Positions 1 through 8,777 of a DNA stretch of 32,000 bases are shown in pieces (positions within the stretch are counted from its first letter, which is position 1; every line of letters begins with the position of its first letter). The translations under genes and the position numbers were made by a program. Under the pieces are notes generated by a model. That model saw nothing but the letters and a program-made list of their open reading frames with translations. It searched no databases and was not told the DNA's origin. This stretch comes from Candidatus Kuenenia stuttgartensis (lineage in GTDB: Bacteria > Planctomycetota > Brocadiia > Brocadiales > Brocadiaceae): the NCBI RefSeq assembly GCF_900232105.1, contig NZ_LT934425.1, positions 4,050,001 through 4,082,000 of the forward strand, written 5' to 3'.

Positions 1-2
1 AT

Positions 3-1247
3 AGCACTTCAGCCGGGGAAAATTTTTCGAATAGTACTGATTCAGGGTATGAACTCTACGAAAAACTTTTGAAAAAAGAATGCGAACATGATGTATCAAT
101 TATCAAATGTGATGAATGCCGTTATGAAGTTGGCGTCGTCAAGGTTGACCCGTCTCTTTTGGGTGAAATCGTTACCATTGGCAAAGGAATGCCCATGGAT
201 ATTGGTATTACGCATGAGGCAACCGGAGAAGTGGGACCCAACCAGGATCGTTTTGTTATAGTTTCGCCAAGAATATCAGGGGTAGTGAAAGAAGTATTTG
301 TTGATTGGGGAGATCAGGTAAAGGAAGGGCAGAAATTAGCGCTATTGGATAGTATAGAACTCGGCGAAGCAAGGGCGGATTACCTGAAGGCTGCGGCCAT
401 GCTGAAACTGGCGGAAAAGAATTATTCGAGAGAAAAGGAACTTTACGGAAAAAATATTACTTCGGGAAAACATTTCTTTGATGCGGAGAATGCCCACGAA
501 CAGTCACACATAGAATTAAATGCCCTGATGGAAAAATTGCTTCTCATGGGTCAGGAAGAAGGGAGCATTAGACAGATGCAGGAAAAACTGCTCCTGATGG
601 ATCAGGAAGAAGTGGATATAAAGCACACGGCAGAAGCGGAGAAACATGTATCTTCGTTATTTACGCTCACCGCCCCTTTTGATGGAACCGTTATTGACAA
701 GAAGGTCGCGGTTGGCGAACTCAAAAATGCCTTTGATCCGATGCTTACCATCGCAGACCTCACACAACTGTGGGTATGGTTTGACGTCTATGAGAAGGAT
801 ATTCCAAAGGTAAGAATGGGAAATAAGGCGATGGTATCGGTAGCTTCTTATCCGGAAGAACAGTTCGAAGGGAACGTGACTTATATCGGGAATACCATAG
901 ACGAAAAGACACGCACCGTAAAGGTCCGTATCGAGGTTGCTAATCATCACGAAAAATTGAAACCCGGTATGTTTGCAAGGGTGCTGCTTCAGGTAGATGA
1001 TGCCAAAAGCGCTGTTGGATTACCGGAAGAAGCGGTACAGGTTGATGGGCAGGAGCGATTCGTCTTTGTGCCACTCAAAGACGGCTATTTCATTCGGCGC
1101 AACGTGATACTGGGAACGCGGTTGAACGGGTATGTAAAAGTCTTCAGTGGTTTAGAGGAAAACGACCCGGTGGTTGTCAAAGGAGGTTTCCTGCTTAAAT
1201 CCGAAACGATGAAAGAAAAATTTGGCGAAGGATGTGGAGGACATTAA
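3..1247 (+). CDS. czcB: RND efflux periplasmic adaptor (membrane-fusion protein), CzcB/HlyD family; 5' end lies outside the window
   Basis: Frame 3 is open from nt 3, with no stop before the TTG at 69, so the N-terminus is upstream of the window. It has a C-x-H...C-x2-C motif (KKECEHDVSIIKCDECRY), a lipoyl-like segment (VSPRISGVVKEVFVDWGDQVKEGQKLALLDS), a coiled-coil hairpin and a C-terminal barrel (KPGMFARV...VVVKGGFLLKSE). The stop lies 4 nt before the RND permease start. Confidence 0.85.
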   Translation, partial: STSAGENFSNSTDSGYELYEKLLKKECEHDVSIIKCDECRYEVGVVKVDPSLLGEIVTIGKGMPMDIGITHEATGEVGPNQDRFVIVSPRISGVVKEVFVDWGDQVKEGQKLALLDSIELGEARADYLKAAAMLKLAEKNYSREKELYGKNITSGKHFFDAENAHEQSHIELNALMEKLLLMGQEEGSIRQMQEKLLLMDQEEVDIKHTAEAEKHVSSLFTLTAPFDGTVIDKKVAVGELKNAFDPMLTIADLTQLWVWFDVYEKDIPKVRMGNKAMVSVASYPEEQFEGNVTYIGNTIDEKTRTVKVRIEVANHHEKLKPGMFARVLLQVDDAKSAVGLPEEAVQVDGQERFVFVPLKDGYFIRRNVILGTRLNGYVKVFSGLEENDPVVVKGGFLLKSETMKEKFGEGCGGH

Positions 1248-1251
1248 ACGT

Positions 1252-4200
1252 ATGTTGAACAAACTGATTGAAGGTACATTACAGCAGAAATTTCTGATTA
1301 TTCTTACCGTATGCGCCATTATCGGACTCGGTATATTTTGCCTGAAAAAGCTGCCCATTGACGCAGTCCCCGATATATCACCCAACCAGGTACAAATCAA
1401 TACCGAAGTGCCGGGGCTCGGACCGGTTGAAATGGAAAAACTCATATCGTTTCCCATCGAGTTCTCCATGAGCAGTTTGCCGGGGGTGAAAGAAATACGG
1501 TCACTTTCAAAAACCGGGCTTTCCCAGGTGCTTGTCTTTTTTGAAGACAACATCGATATTTATTTTGCCCGCCAACTGGTGCTGGAACGGTTGCAAACTG
1601 CAAAGGAACAACTCCCTCAACTCTTAAACGCCCAACCGGAAATGGGACCGGTCAGCACCGGCCTTGGCGAAATCTATCAATATGTAGTTACCGCTGAGAA
1701 TAAGGACGCCATGGAACTGAGGACCATTCAGGACTGGATGATTACCCCACGACTGCTGCTTATCCCGGGCGTCAACGAGGTGAACAGCTTTGGCGGTTTT
1801 GTAAAACAATACCAGGTATTAATCGACCCGAATAAACTTATCACTTACAACGTTACCCTTCGCCAGGTATTTGATGCCCTGACCGCCAACAATGTCAATG
1901 CCGGCGGGCAATACATAGAACATGCCTCGGAGCAATATCTGGTACGGGGAATTGGCCTGATCAATACCATACAGGACATTGAGAATATTGTAGTTCATGC
2001 CACAAGGGAAGGTACCCCCGTTTATGTTAAAAATCTGGCGGAGGTAAAGCTGGGCTCAGAGGTCCGCTATGGCGCCGTTACCAGGGATGGCAAAGGGGAA
2101 GTAGTAACAGGCATTGCCATGATGCTAAAAGGGGAAAATAGCCGCACTGTTGTGGAGGCGATAAAACAGAAGGTAAAAGAGATCAGACAAAGCCTGCCGA
2201 AAGGTGTTGATATGATCCCGTTCTATGACCGGGCAGGCCTGGTCAACAATGTTATTCACACGGTATTTACCAACATTGGCACAGGTGTTCTCCTGGTAAT
2301 TGGCGTGCTTATTCTTTTCCTGGGAAATTTGAGAGGGGCACTTTTGCTTGCGTTCTCTATTCCGCTCACGGCATTTTTAACCTTTACCGGTATGTATCAT
2401 CTGGGCATTGCGGCTACCGTAATGAGTTTGGGCGCTCTTGATTTTGGCATGATCATTGACGGCCCTGTCGTTATGGTGGAAAACATTATCAGAAGACTTT
2501 CTCTCAGAAAGAAAACCGGCGATTCCGACCTGGTAATACGCTCTTCTGCACAAGAAGTAGCCCGTCCCATTCTCTTTGCTATCGCCATTATTATTATCGT
2601 ATATTTACCCATTATGACCCTGCAGGGTATTGAAGGCATGATGTTCAGACCTATGGCCTTCACCATGGCCATTGCCCTCCTTAGTTCTCTCTTTGTTGCC
2701 CTATTTATTATGCCGCCCTTATGTTCCGTGGTTTTTAAAAAAGGCATAAAAGCCCATAAGATGAAGGTATCCTCCCTTCAATCGAAAGGAAACGATACGC
2801 ATAGTCTGGTAACAGAAGTATCATCGGAAGAAACGGATAATCGTGTTATTCGATTTCTAAAAAGGTATTATGGCCCCTTATTACAAAAGACGATAGCCCA
2901 TCCAGTGATAACAACCATTGCCGCTGCTTCATGCTTCTTTTTAAGCCTTATTCTTGTACAATTTTTAGGTTCCGAGTTTATACCGAAACTGGACGAAGGC
3001 GCTATTGCTATAAATGTCAATCGGCTCCCCAGTATCTCACTGATGGAATCGGTGGAGAGCTGTAAGTTGATAGAAAAGACCCTTTTGAAATACCCTGAGG
3101 TGAAAACCGTAGTATCCAAGACTGGAAGGCCGGAAATAGCAACCGACCCTATGGGTCAGCAAATCAGCGATGTATTTGTCATACTCAAACCAAAGAGTAC
3201 ATGGCGTAAAGGATGGACAAAGGAAGCGCTCATTGCAAAAATGAAAGAAGACCTGGAAAAGATTCCCGGCATGAGGTATAGCTTTTCTCAACCCATAGAA
3301 CTCCGGGTCAGCGAAATGATTGCCGGCGTTCGCTCGGATATCGCTATCTGGTTGTATGGTGAAGACTACGAAATATTACTCCCAAAGGCAGGGGAGATCA
3401 ATGCGGTTATTACGTCTGTCCCTGGCGCCAGCGAGGTAAGGACGGAACAGGTAACCGGTTTGCCTGCGATAGAGATAGAAATTGACCGCAAGGCAATTGC
3501 CCGTTATGGCATCAACGTCTCAGACGTACAGGATATTATAGAAATAGCCATTGGTGGTAAAGCAGCCACTCAGGTACTTGAAGGCGTAATGAGATTTGAT
3601 CTTTTAGTACGGTATACTGAGGAAACGAGGAATGATGTTGAGAAGATAAAAAATATCCTGGTGAGCGCTCCCAGCGGCGTGCGGGTGCCGCTAAGCCAGT
3701 TGGCCGATATCTCTGTAGTAGAAGGACCTGCGCAGATAAGCCGTCAAAACGGAAAACGCCGCATTGTGGTGGAATGCAACGTCCGCGGCAGGGATATCGG
3801 GAGTTTTGTCGCTGAGGCGCAAAAGAATATACAGGAAAACGTTGAACTTCCTGCCGGATATTATCTGAACTGGGGAGGCCAGTTTGAAAATATGCAACAG
3901 GCAAGGAAACGCCTGGCAGTTGTCGTTCCCATCGCCATGGGTCTCATTTTTATACTCCTCTATACAAGCTTCAATTCCTTTAGAAACGCCATCCTTATCT
4001 ATATTAACGTCCCCTTTGCGGCGACGGGTGGGATTATTGCATTGTTCTTACGTGATATGCACCTCAGTATAACTGCGGGGGTAGCATTTATTGCCCTTTT
4101 CGGCTTGTGCGTATTGAACGGTACGGTTATGGTTTCTTATATAAATGAATTACGGGAAAGTGGTATGAGGATGAAAGAATCTGTTATAGAGGGTGCATTA

Positions 4201-4404
4201 ACACGGCTCAGACCCGTCCTGATGACCGTTACAACCGATATTATCGGGTTTATGCCTATGGCCATATCCACCGATGTTGGTGCGGAAGTGCAAAAACCCT
4301 TTGCCACCGTTATCATTGGGGGGTTATGTTTTTCAACATTCCTTACCCTTTTTGTTATTCCCGCTCTCTACGAATGGTTTCCAAAAAAGATAGAGACAAC
4401 ATAA
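1252..4404 (+). CDS. czcA: Heavy-metal efflux RND permease, CzcA type (divalent-cation HME-RND)
   Basis: A 1050-aa polytopic RND protein. I moved the start to ATG 1252 (MLNKLIEGTLQQKF, a typical RND N-terminus, 4 nt after the upstream stop) instead of TTG 1222. The TM4 motif ALDFGMIIDGPVVMVEN matches the DFG-D-EN signature of CzcA-like pumps. Confidence 0.9.
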   Translation: MLNKLIEGTLQQKFLIILTVCAIIGLGIFCLKKLPIDAVPDISPNQVQINTEVPGLGPVEMEKLISFPIEFSMSSLPGVKEIRSLSKTGLSQVLVFFEDNIDIYFARQLVLERLQTAKEQLPQLLNAQPEMGPVSTGLGEIYQYVVTAENKDAMELRTIQDWMITPRLLLIPGVNEVNSFGGFVKQYQVLIDPNKLITYNVTLRQVFDALTANNVNAGGQYIEHASEQYLVRGIGLINTIQDIENIVVHATREGTPVYVKNLAEVKLGSEVRYGAVTRDGKGEVVTGIAMMLKGENSRTVVEAIKQKVKEIRQSLPKGVDMIPFYDRAGLVNNVIHTVFTNIGTGVLLVIGVLILFLGNLRGALLLAFSIPLTAFLTFTGMYHLGIAATVMSLGALDFGMIIDGPVVMVENIIRRLSLRKKTGDSDLVIRSSAQEVARPILFAIAIIIIVYLPIMTLQGIEGMMFRPMAFTMAIALLSSLFVALFIMPPLCSVVFKKGIKAHKMKVSSLQSKGNDTHSLVTEVSSEETDNRVIRFLKRYYGPLLQKTIAHPVITTIAAASCFFLSLILVQFLGSEFIPKLDEGAIAINVNRLPSISLMESVESCKLIEKTLLKYPEVKTVVSKTGRPEIATDPMGQQISDVFVILKPKSTWRKGWTKEALIAKMKEDLEKIPGMRYSFSQPIELRVSEMIAGVRSDIAIWLYGEDYEILLPKAGEINAVITSVPGASEVRTEQVTGLPAIEIEIDRKAIARYGINVSDVQDIIEIAIGGKAATQVLEGVMRFDLLVRYTEETRNDVEKIKNILVSAPSGVRVPLSQLADISVVEGPAQISRQNGKRRIVVECNVRGRDIGSFVAEAQKNIQENVELPAGYYLNWGGQFENMQQARKRLAVVVPIAMGLIFILLYTSFNSFRNAILIYINVPFAATGGIIALFLRDMHLSITAGVAFIALFGLCVLNGTVMVSYINELRESGMRMKESVIEGALTRLRPVLMTVTTDIIGFMPMAISTDVGAEVQKPFATVIIGGLCFSTFLTLFVIPALYEWFPKKIETT

Positions 4405-4532
4405 AATAATTTTCCGTAGAGATTACAGAGGTTGCGGAAAAGAATAGGAACTTAGGAGTAAGGTACGTCACCTTGAAGAATCGCTATAGTACCTTGTGAA
4501 AGAAAAGATTTCTAACGCAAAAGAGGAAAACC

Positions 4533-4871
4533 ATGGAAAAGATCGAGATTACAAAGTCCATTTTCTTCTTTATCCTTGCCGGATTCTGCGAAATAGGCGG
4601 CGGATACCTCGTATGGCTCTGGCTAAGAGAGGAGAAGAGTATTTGGCTTGGTTTATTCGGAGCGATAGTACTGGTTATCTACGGAGTCATACCAACCTTC
4701 CAGCCTGCAAACTTTGGCCGTGTATACGCCGCCTATGGTGGTGTATTCATAGTTCTCTCCATTCTATGGGGATGGCAGGTTGATAAGATAGCTCCGGATA
4801 AATTTGATCTGATCGGTGGTCTTATTGCCCTTATTGGTGTGGTTATCATCATGTACTGGCCACGGGGATAA
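4533..4871 (+). CDS. ynfA: YnfA/UPF0060 family small membrane protein (SMR-like)
   Basis: A 112-aa protein with 4 predicted TM helices. [16 protein letters not shown] and [12 protein letters not shown] match E. coli YnfA as I remember it. A GAGGA RBS sits just upstream of the ATG. Confidence 0.85.
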   Translation: MEKIEITKSIFFFILAGFCEIGGGYLVWLWLREEKSIWLGLFGAIVLVIYGVIPTFQPANFGRVYAAYGGVFIVLSILWGWQVDKIAPDKFDLIGGLIALIGVVIIMYWPRG

Positions 4872-4923
4872 CATGTTTTATTGAACGGTTACTAAATACT
4901 ATAGTAAACGCTAAAAGAAAGTT

Positions 4924-5048
4924 GTCATTGCGAGGAGGAACAGTTGCGAGGCAAAGCCGAAGCAAACTATTGGTAAGATTCCTCACTTCGTTCGGAACAG
5001 GCTCCTCAATCTCATGGCATGGATTGCTTCGCTGTCGCTCGCAATGAC
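4924..5048. repeat. Nested palindromic (REP/MITE-like) element
   Basis: The outer 11-bp perfect inverted repeat is gtcattgcgag (4924-4934) and ctcgcaatgac (5038-5048). The inner pair is gaagcaa and ttgcttc. No ORF explains the element. Confidence 0.6.
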
Positions 5049-5087
5049 GGATTCATGTCAACTTATTTAGGATGTTTACTATTGAAA

Positions 5088-5483
5088 TTATTCCTTACAA
5101 AGGAAGTCTGTAATTTTTTGGTAAAGCATCCTCTCGCTGGAGCGGATGTCTTTGATTTCTTCGTAAAGTTCGTCAAAATATCTGGCGCTGAATCGGGAGC
5201 CATATTTGAATCTGTCGCTATCCAGCACATAACCTTTGTGGATATAGCTTTTGAGGATTTCTGTTGCCCACTGCCTAAACTGGATGCCTCTTTCAGAATT
5301 GACACGGTAACCAACCGCAATAATTGCTTCCAATGAATAAAAGGAGGCGCTTCTTTTTACCTCTCTGTTTCCTTCTTGTTGAACTTGTAAGAAATCCTTA
5401 CAAGTTGCCGGATGATCAATTTCGCCGCTTTCATAGATATTTTTCAGAAGGTATGAAGCTACAATTTGTATCTTTATTAATCC
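5088..5483 (-). pseudogene. RhuM-family protein remnant, truncated at both ends
   Basis: The minus-strand frame is open from 5483 to 5088. It reads LKNIYESGEIDHPATCKDFLQVQQEGNREVKRSASFYSLEAIIAVGYRVNSERGIQFRQWATEILKSYIHKGY...IRSSERMLYQKITD. This matches the conserved RhuM core, but only about 130 of about 330 aa remain and there is no credible start. Confidence 0.65.
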
Positions 5484-5544
5484 TTACTATTGGTTGTATC
5501 TCTACAAAATTTCCGAATTTTATATTTGAATATTGTTTCTTCAT
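5431..5544 (-). pseudogene. Possible N-terminal stub of a type I R-M specificity (HsdS-like) gene fused out of frame to the RhuM remnant
   Basis: The ATG at 5544 opens a 37-codon ORF, MKKQYSNIKFGNFVEIQPIVRINKDTNCSFIPSEKYL. Its pattern (KFGNFVEI ... SFIP-x-E) resembles HsdS N-termini. The call is by memory only and the fragment is short. Confidence 0.25.
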
Positions 5545-5578
5545 ACCCCAAACTTCCTAAAACTCTCATTCATCCATG

Positions 5579-5600
5579 GAGACGCAAAATCTTGCGTCTC
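5579..5600. repeat. Perfect 9-bp stem hairpin (gagacgcaa-aatc-ttgcgtctc)
   Basis: Read directly from the sequence. It lies in a non-coding stretch between the RhuM and DUF5615 remnants. Confidence 0.5.
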
Positions 5601-5701
5601 TACCTGGGTGTTTAAAATCTCTATTGCGCTCTTTCTCACGACTTATCCCCCTTCCGCATCAGTTCCGCCTCGCGCTCTTCTTCTCTACTGCAGATGATTG
5701 T

Positions 5702-5852
5702 TTAATCCTGATGTCTATGAATTCTATATCCAGATTCGGAAAGTACGATCATAAATGATTTTTCAGTATTCAATAGCACTTTTTCGTTGTTCATAACTTC
5801 AGTAATATTTTTTGCAATTCAACCGTATATTTTCATCTGCGAGTATTTTCAT
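5702..5852 (-). pseudogene. Decayed DUF5615 (PIN-like Mut7-C) toxin remnant downstream of DUF433
   Basis: ATG 5852 gives MKILADENIRLNCKKYY followed by a stop. The +1 frame continues AKNITEVMNNEKVLLNTEKSFMIVL. Both pieces resemble DUF5615 (MKFLxDENL ... DKDF region), but about half of the protein is missing and a frameshift is required. Confidence 0.4.
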
Positions 5853-5884
5853 GGTTACTCTTTATTTGCAAAAACATTAACCTC

Positions 5885-6097
5885 TTATCCCTGGAATTGT
5901 CTAGTGGCAAAATCCAGAGCTGCATCCAATCCTTCTTCTGTCAGTTTTGGATAACCCATGAGGATTTCCTCCCTGGTCATACCTGAAGTAATATTCTGCA
6001 GTATCAGAGCCACAGAGATTCTTGTGCCCTTGATAATAGGCTTTCCATTAAGAATTTTTGGGTCACATACAATATGACCTTTCTCCTGTTTCTTCAT
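5885..6097 (-). CDS. DUF433 domain protein (antitoxin-like)
   Basis: It reads MKKQEKGHIVCDPKILNGKPIIKGTRISVALILQNITSGMTREEILMGYPKLTEEGLDAALDFA, a typical DUF433 (GKPxIxGTRI ... YP-L). I chose ATG 6097, which has an AGGAGA RBS at 6103-6108. The GTG at 6115 in the ORF track lies inside the IS terminal repeat. Confidence 0.8.
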   Translation of the reverse strand: MKKQEKGHIVCDPKILNGKPIIKGTRISVALILQNITSGMTREEILMGYPKLTEEGLDAALDFATRQFQG

Positions 6098-6107
6098 AAG
6101 GTTCTCC

Positions 6108-8300
6108 TTTAACACCGATTTTCACAGGCATGAAAACCATCATAAAAACACCCTAATCATGCCGTCCAGACAATTTCAATAGATTTTCCTCCAAGCCATG
6201 GAACAGCGAATGGAGTTTGTAATTTTTTTACTTCCATCAAAACCGGAGTATGTGCTCTTTTTCTTATTTTCACAAAAAACTTACCACCGTCATAAACGAC
6301 CCTCCCCGGCATATCAATAAACTTCCTGAATATTGCAGGGGCAAGATTATTTTCAAAACGTCTCAGGTCGCATGCGAATCGATGATACAGGGTATCAGCA
6401 ATCATTGTCCATAGAATGTCAAAATGAATACGGATCATAATAGGTGAAGACAGAGAGTTCAGATTGAAAAACATTACCAGTTCGGCTATTTTGTTTTCTA
6501 TCCGCCATCGTTTAGCGTAAACTTCCAATACCCTTTGTAAGGACAGCTCTTTGCTATTGGTTAAAATAAATGTAGGGTTCTCCCGTCCGTGATCTTTCAC
6601 CACTATTTGCCTGAAAATGTTTTTACAATCTTTAAGCCTGACTTCGCTTTCATAAACTGAGACGTTTTTATACTTTCGCTTTGGAACCGGAATATAAACT
6701 TTTTTCCATACCTCCTTTGGAAGTACCAATGTTTCCTTCACAAGGCCGGCATAACGTTTACGAAGCGTTATGAACTTTACCTTGTCATTTTCAAGATCGT
6801 CAAGGATATTGTAAGCCGTAAACTTGCAATCAAAAACAAGTGTTTCGCTAACATTGCCTTTTATATTTTTCCAGTAACTTACAAACTTTTTAACCTCTTG
6901 CGACTCTTCGCGCCGTAGTATATCAGCTCTTGTATATAAAACTGCATTGCTTTTACTATCAGACGCAATGATGGTATTAGCGCCTTTCATGGTCTTACCC
7001 TTAGACCCACACCAGATCTTTTCCATTTCGGATTCATCCCCATAATGCGGGATCGAGTGAAAATCAAGATTTATATAGTCGCTACTATAAAAGTCCGGAT
7101 ACTTTTTCCTGAAAAGCGAAACAACTTTGCTTTGCAAATTCATCAACTGAGTTTCAGAGCAACGGCATGAATAGGTGTTCATGTATGTAGGCTTCGGAAG
7201 AACGTTTAATCCGGCAAAAACTCCAAAGCCAGGTTCCTGGTCATAAGCACAAATATGGGTCAGCCTCCTCTCGCCTATTAATTTCAGCAGTAACATGGAA
7301 AGACAGGCTTGCGTCGATCCAATATCGCTTGATTCAGGCAACTTACATTCCTGCAACAAATCAAGGATACCGGATTCTATGATATAAGGGATAAAAAAGA
7401 AAACCCCGGCCGTGGGGCAATCCACATTAAGATATTCGAGTATCTCAAAATCCAGGTGTTCCGAACGTTCCGGTATGATTTTGTTTTTAAGAGTTTTTCC
7501 AAGTTCATTATTCGTTCTGCGTTTTAGTTTGCCGAACCCTGCGGTTTTCAGAATACGTTCTACTGTGATTGCAGATATATTGATCTCCTCTTCCGCAAGG
7601 CGGCTATGGATGTCGGTTGTCGATAGTCCCTGTTTCCTGTATTTGATAATTTTATCCTGAACATCACAAGTAGTCCTTTTCTTTTTAGGGCCCTTTCGCA
7701 CGATAGGGAAAAGTTCTATTTTCCCTGCATTAACGTCTCTCATTAAAGAATAAACCGTGCCTGGCTTGTAACCAAATTTTGTTGCTACAGTCTCAACTGC
7801 CTGTTTGTCAATTACAATGGCCCTTACTGCTTCATATTGTTTTTGTCTTTGTGAAACAGGATTATTGAAATATGAAACTAGATTAAGTTTGCCATGTATT
7901 AGGGTGTTATTATGATGATTATGCATTTGTAATATTCTTGCTGAATACTGATAATACCGTCAAATACCTTCTATTTGAGAGGTATTTGCGCTTGCTAATT
8001 GGTTAATATTCAGAATTGTAGCACACTTATAATCATCAATCAAGCATTTTGTTCATCATATTATCACCCTAAAATCCCAAAATTTGCTGAAATTCCCGAA
8101 TAATGCAAAAATGCCCTGATTTAAAAATGTAATTTGTTACTACTAACAGGCAAGTAATGAAATACAAGGCATAGACTATTTTGTAATATAAGTTTACAAG
8201 GTAAGGGCAAAATAAATTCATCGCTCTGCAGCCTTCAAACACAGACGACTTTAAGGGGTGTATTATGATGGTTTATGTGTGTGTGAAAATCGGTGTTAAA
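6108..8300 (-). mobile_element. Insertion sequence, 2193 bp, with about 45-bp imperfect terminal inverted repeats; family not assigned
   Basis: The left end is tttaacaccgattttcacaggcatgaaaaccatcataaaaacaccc (6108-6153). The reverse complement of the right end (8255-8300) is tttaacaccgattttcacacacacataaaccatcataatacacccc. The outer 19 nt are identical and most of the next 27 match. One 589-aa transposase ORF lies inside. I found no target-site duplication. Confidence 0.8.
6157..7926 (-). CDS. DDE-type transposase, 589 aa, with N-terminal HTH domains
   Basis: The N-terminus carries two HTH-like segments (AVETVATKFGYKPGTVYSLMRD; GLSTTDIHSRLAEEEINISAITVERILK). A C-terminal Y-x2-R-x3-E motif (YAKRWRIENK) is characteristic of IS4-like DDE enzymes. 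The ORF is bracketed by the inverted repeats above. Confidence 0.85.
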   Translation of the reverse strand: MHNHHNNTLIHGKLNLVSYFNNPVSQRQKQYEAVRAIVIDKQAVETVATKFGYKPGTVYSLMRDVNAGKIELFPIVRKGPKKKRTTCDVQDKIIKYRKQGLSTTDIHSRLAEEEINISAITVERILKTAGFGKLKRRTNNELGKTLKNKIIPERSEHLDFEILEYLNVDCPTAGVFFFIPYIIESGILDLLQECKLPESSDIGSTQACLSMLLLKLIGERRLTHICAYDQEPGFGVFAGLNVLPKPTYMNTYSCRCSETQLMNLQSKVVSLFRKKYPDFYSSDYINLDFHSIPHYGDESEMEKIWCGSKGKTMKGANTIIASDSKSNAVLYTRADILRREESQEVKKFVSYWKNIKGNVSETLVFDCKFTAYNILDDLENDKVKFITLRKRYAGLVKETLVLPKEVWKKVYIPVPKRKYKNVSVYESEVRLKDCKNIFRQIVVKDHGRENPTFILTNSKELSLQRVLEVYAKRWRIENKIAELVMFFNLNSLSSPIMIRIHFDILWTMIADTLYHRFACDLRRFENNLAPAIFRKFIDMPGRVVYDGGKFFVKIRKRAHTPVLMEVKKLQTPFAVPWLGGKSIEIVWTA

Positions 8301-8559
8301 TCAGTTCAGTTTCAAGATGCTTTAAAATTTCAATCTCCCCTTCAAGTTCAATAAACTGCATGTCGTTGGTCTCTGTATGTTCAACATCTCACTTCATTAA
8401 CTTACCAGTATCAACTCCGAGCGTTTTTGTGAGAGAGTTAATCTTCTCCTTACTCTTCCTGATGGTATCCATAATGATTTTCTCTTCCCTCTCCACTGCG
8501 TTTTTTAAAAGAGGAGCCACAGTCTCCGGAGAGTCGCTTTTTAAGGTTATTGTCTTCAT
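8296..8559 (-). pseudogene. Small helical ORF (56 + 30 codons) interrupted by an in-frame TGA; its last codons and stop are supplied by the IS end
   Basis: ATG 8559 gives MKTITLKSDSPETVAPLLKNAVEREEKIIMDTIRKSKEKINSLTKTLGVDTGKLMK. A TGA follows at 8389-8391, then DVEHTETNDMQFIELEGEIEILKHLETELI, then a TAA at 8296-8298 that lies inside the IS repeat. No SD is visible. It is below the 60-aa cutoff of the ORF track. Confidence 0.4.
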
Positions 8560-8777
8560 GTTGGCACATAAGTTACTGGGAACAAATTTATGCCCTTGAA
8601 AGCTCGTATTTTACGTGTAAAAGCCTGTCCAGCATTACATGGTGTGACGCATCGAGGATTTCAATACCTACAATGCATCTATCATTGGCACAAATCTCTT
8701 GGAACGTAACCTACCAAAAAGGCTGAAAGCTAAAATGCTCGTCATTGCCTATCTATATAAGTTCTAATCGTTGTGTA

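Noticed and set aside
657-3904. Numerous 60-160-aa ORFs on the minus strand or in other frames inside the first MFP and RND genes (for example 657-950, 1152-1553, 2397-2747, 3536-3904).
   Set aside because: They are fully embedded antisense to, or out of frame with, genes that have strong family-level support. They have no RBS and low-complexity translations.
4496-4783. A 95-aa ORF overlapping ynfA in another frame.
   Set aside because: The ynfA frame has a clear family match and an RBS. The alternative frame is Arg/Cys-rich nonsense.
5019-5758. Plus-strand ORFs 5019-5336, 5324-5560 and 5576-5758.
   Set aside because: They lie antisense to the RhuM, HsdS and DUF5615 remnants, or they read through palindromic repeats (for example METQNLASLP is the gagacgcaaaatcttgcgtctc hairpin). 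They are not credible genes.
8360-8599. A 79-aa plus-strand ORF.
   Set aside because: It is antisense to the more protein-like small ORF at 8296-8559. It is a hydrophobic, low-complexity translation with no RBS.
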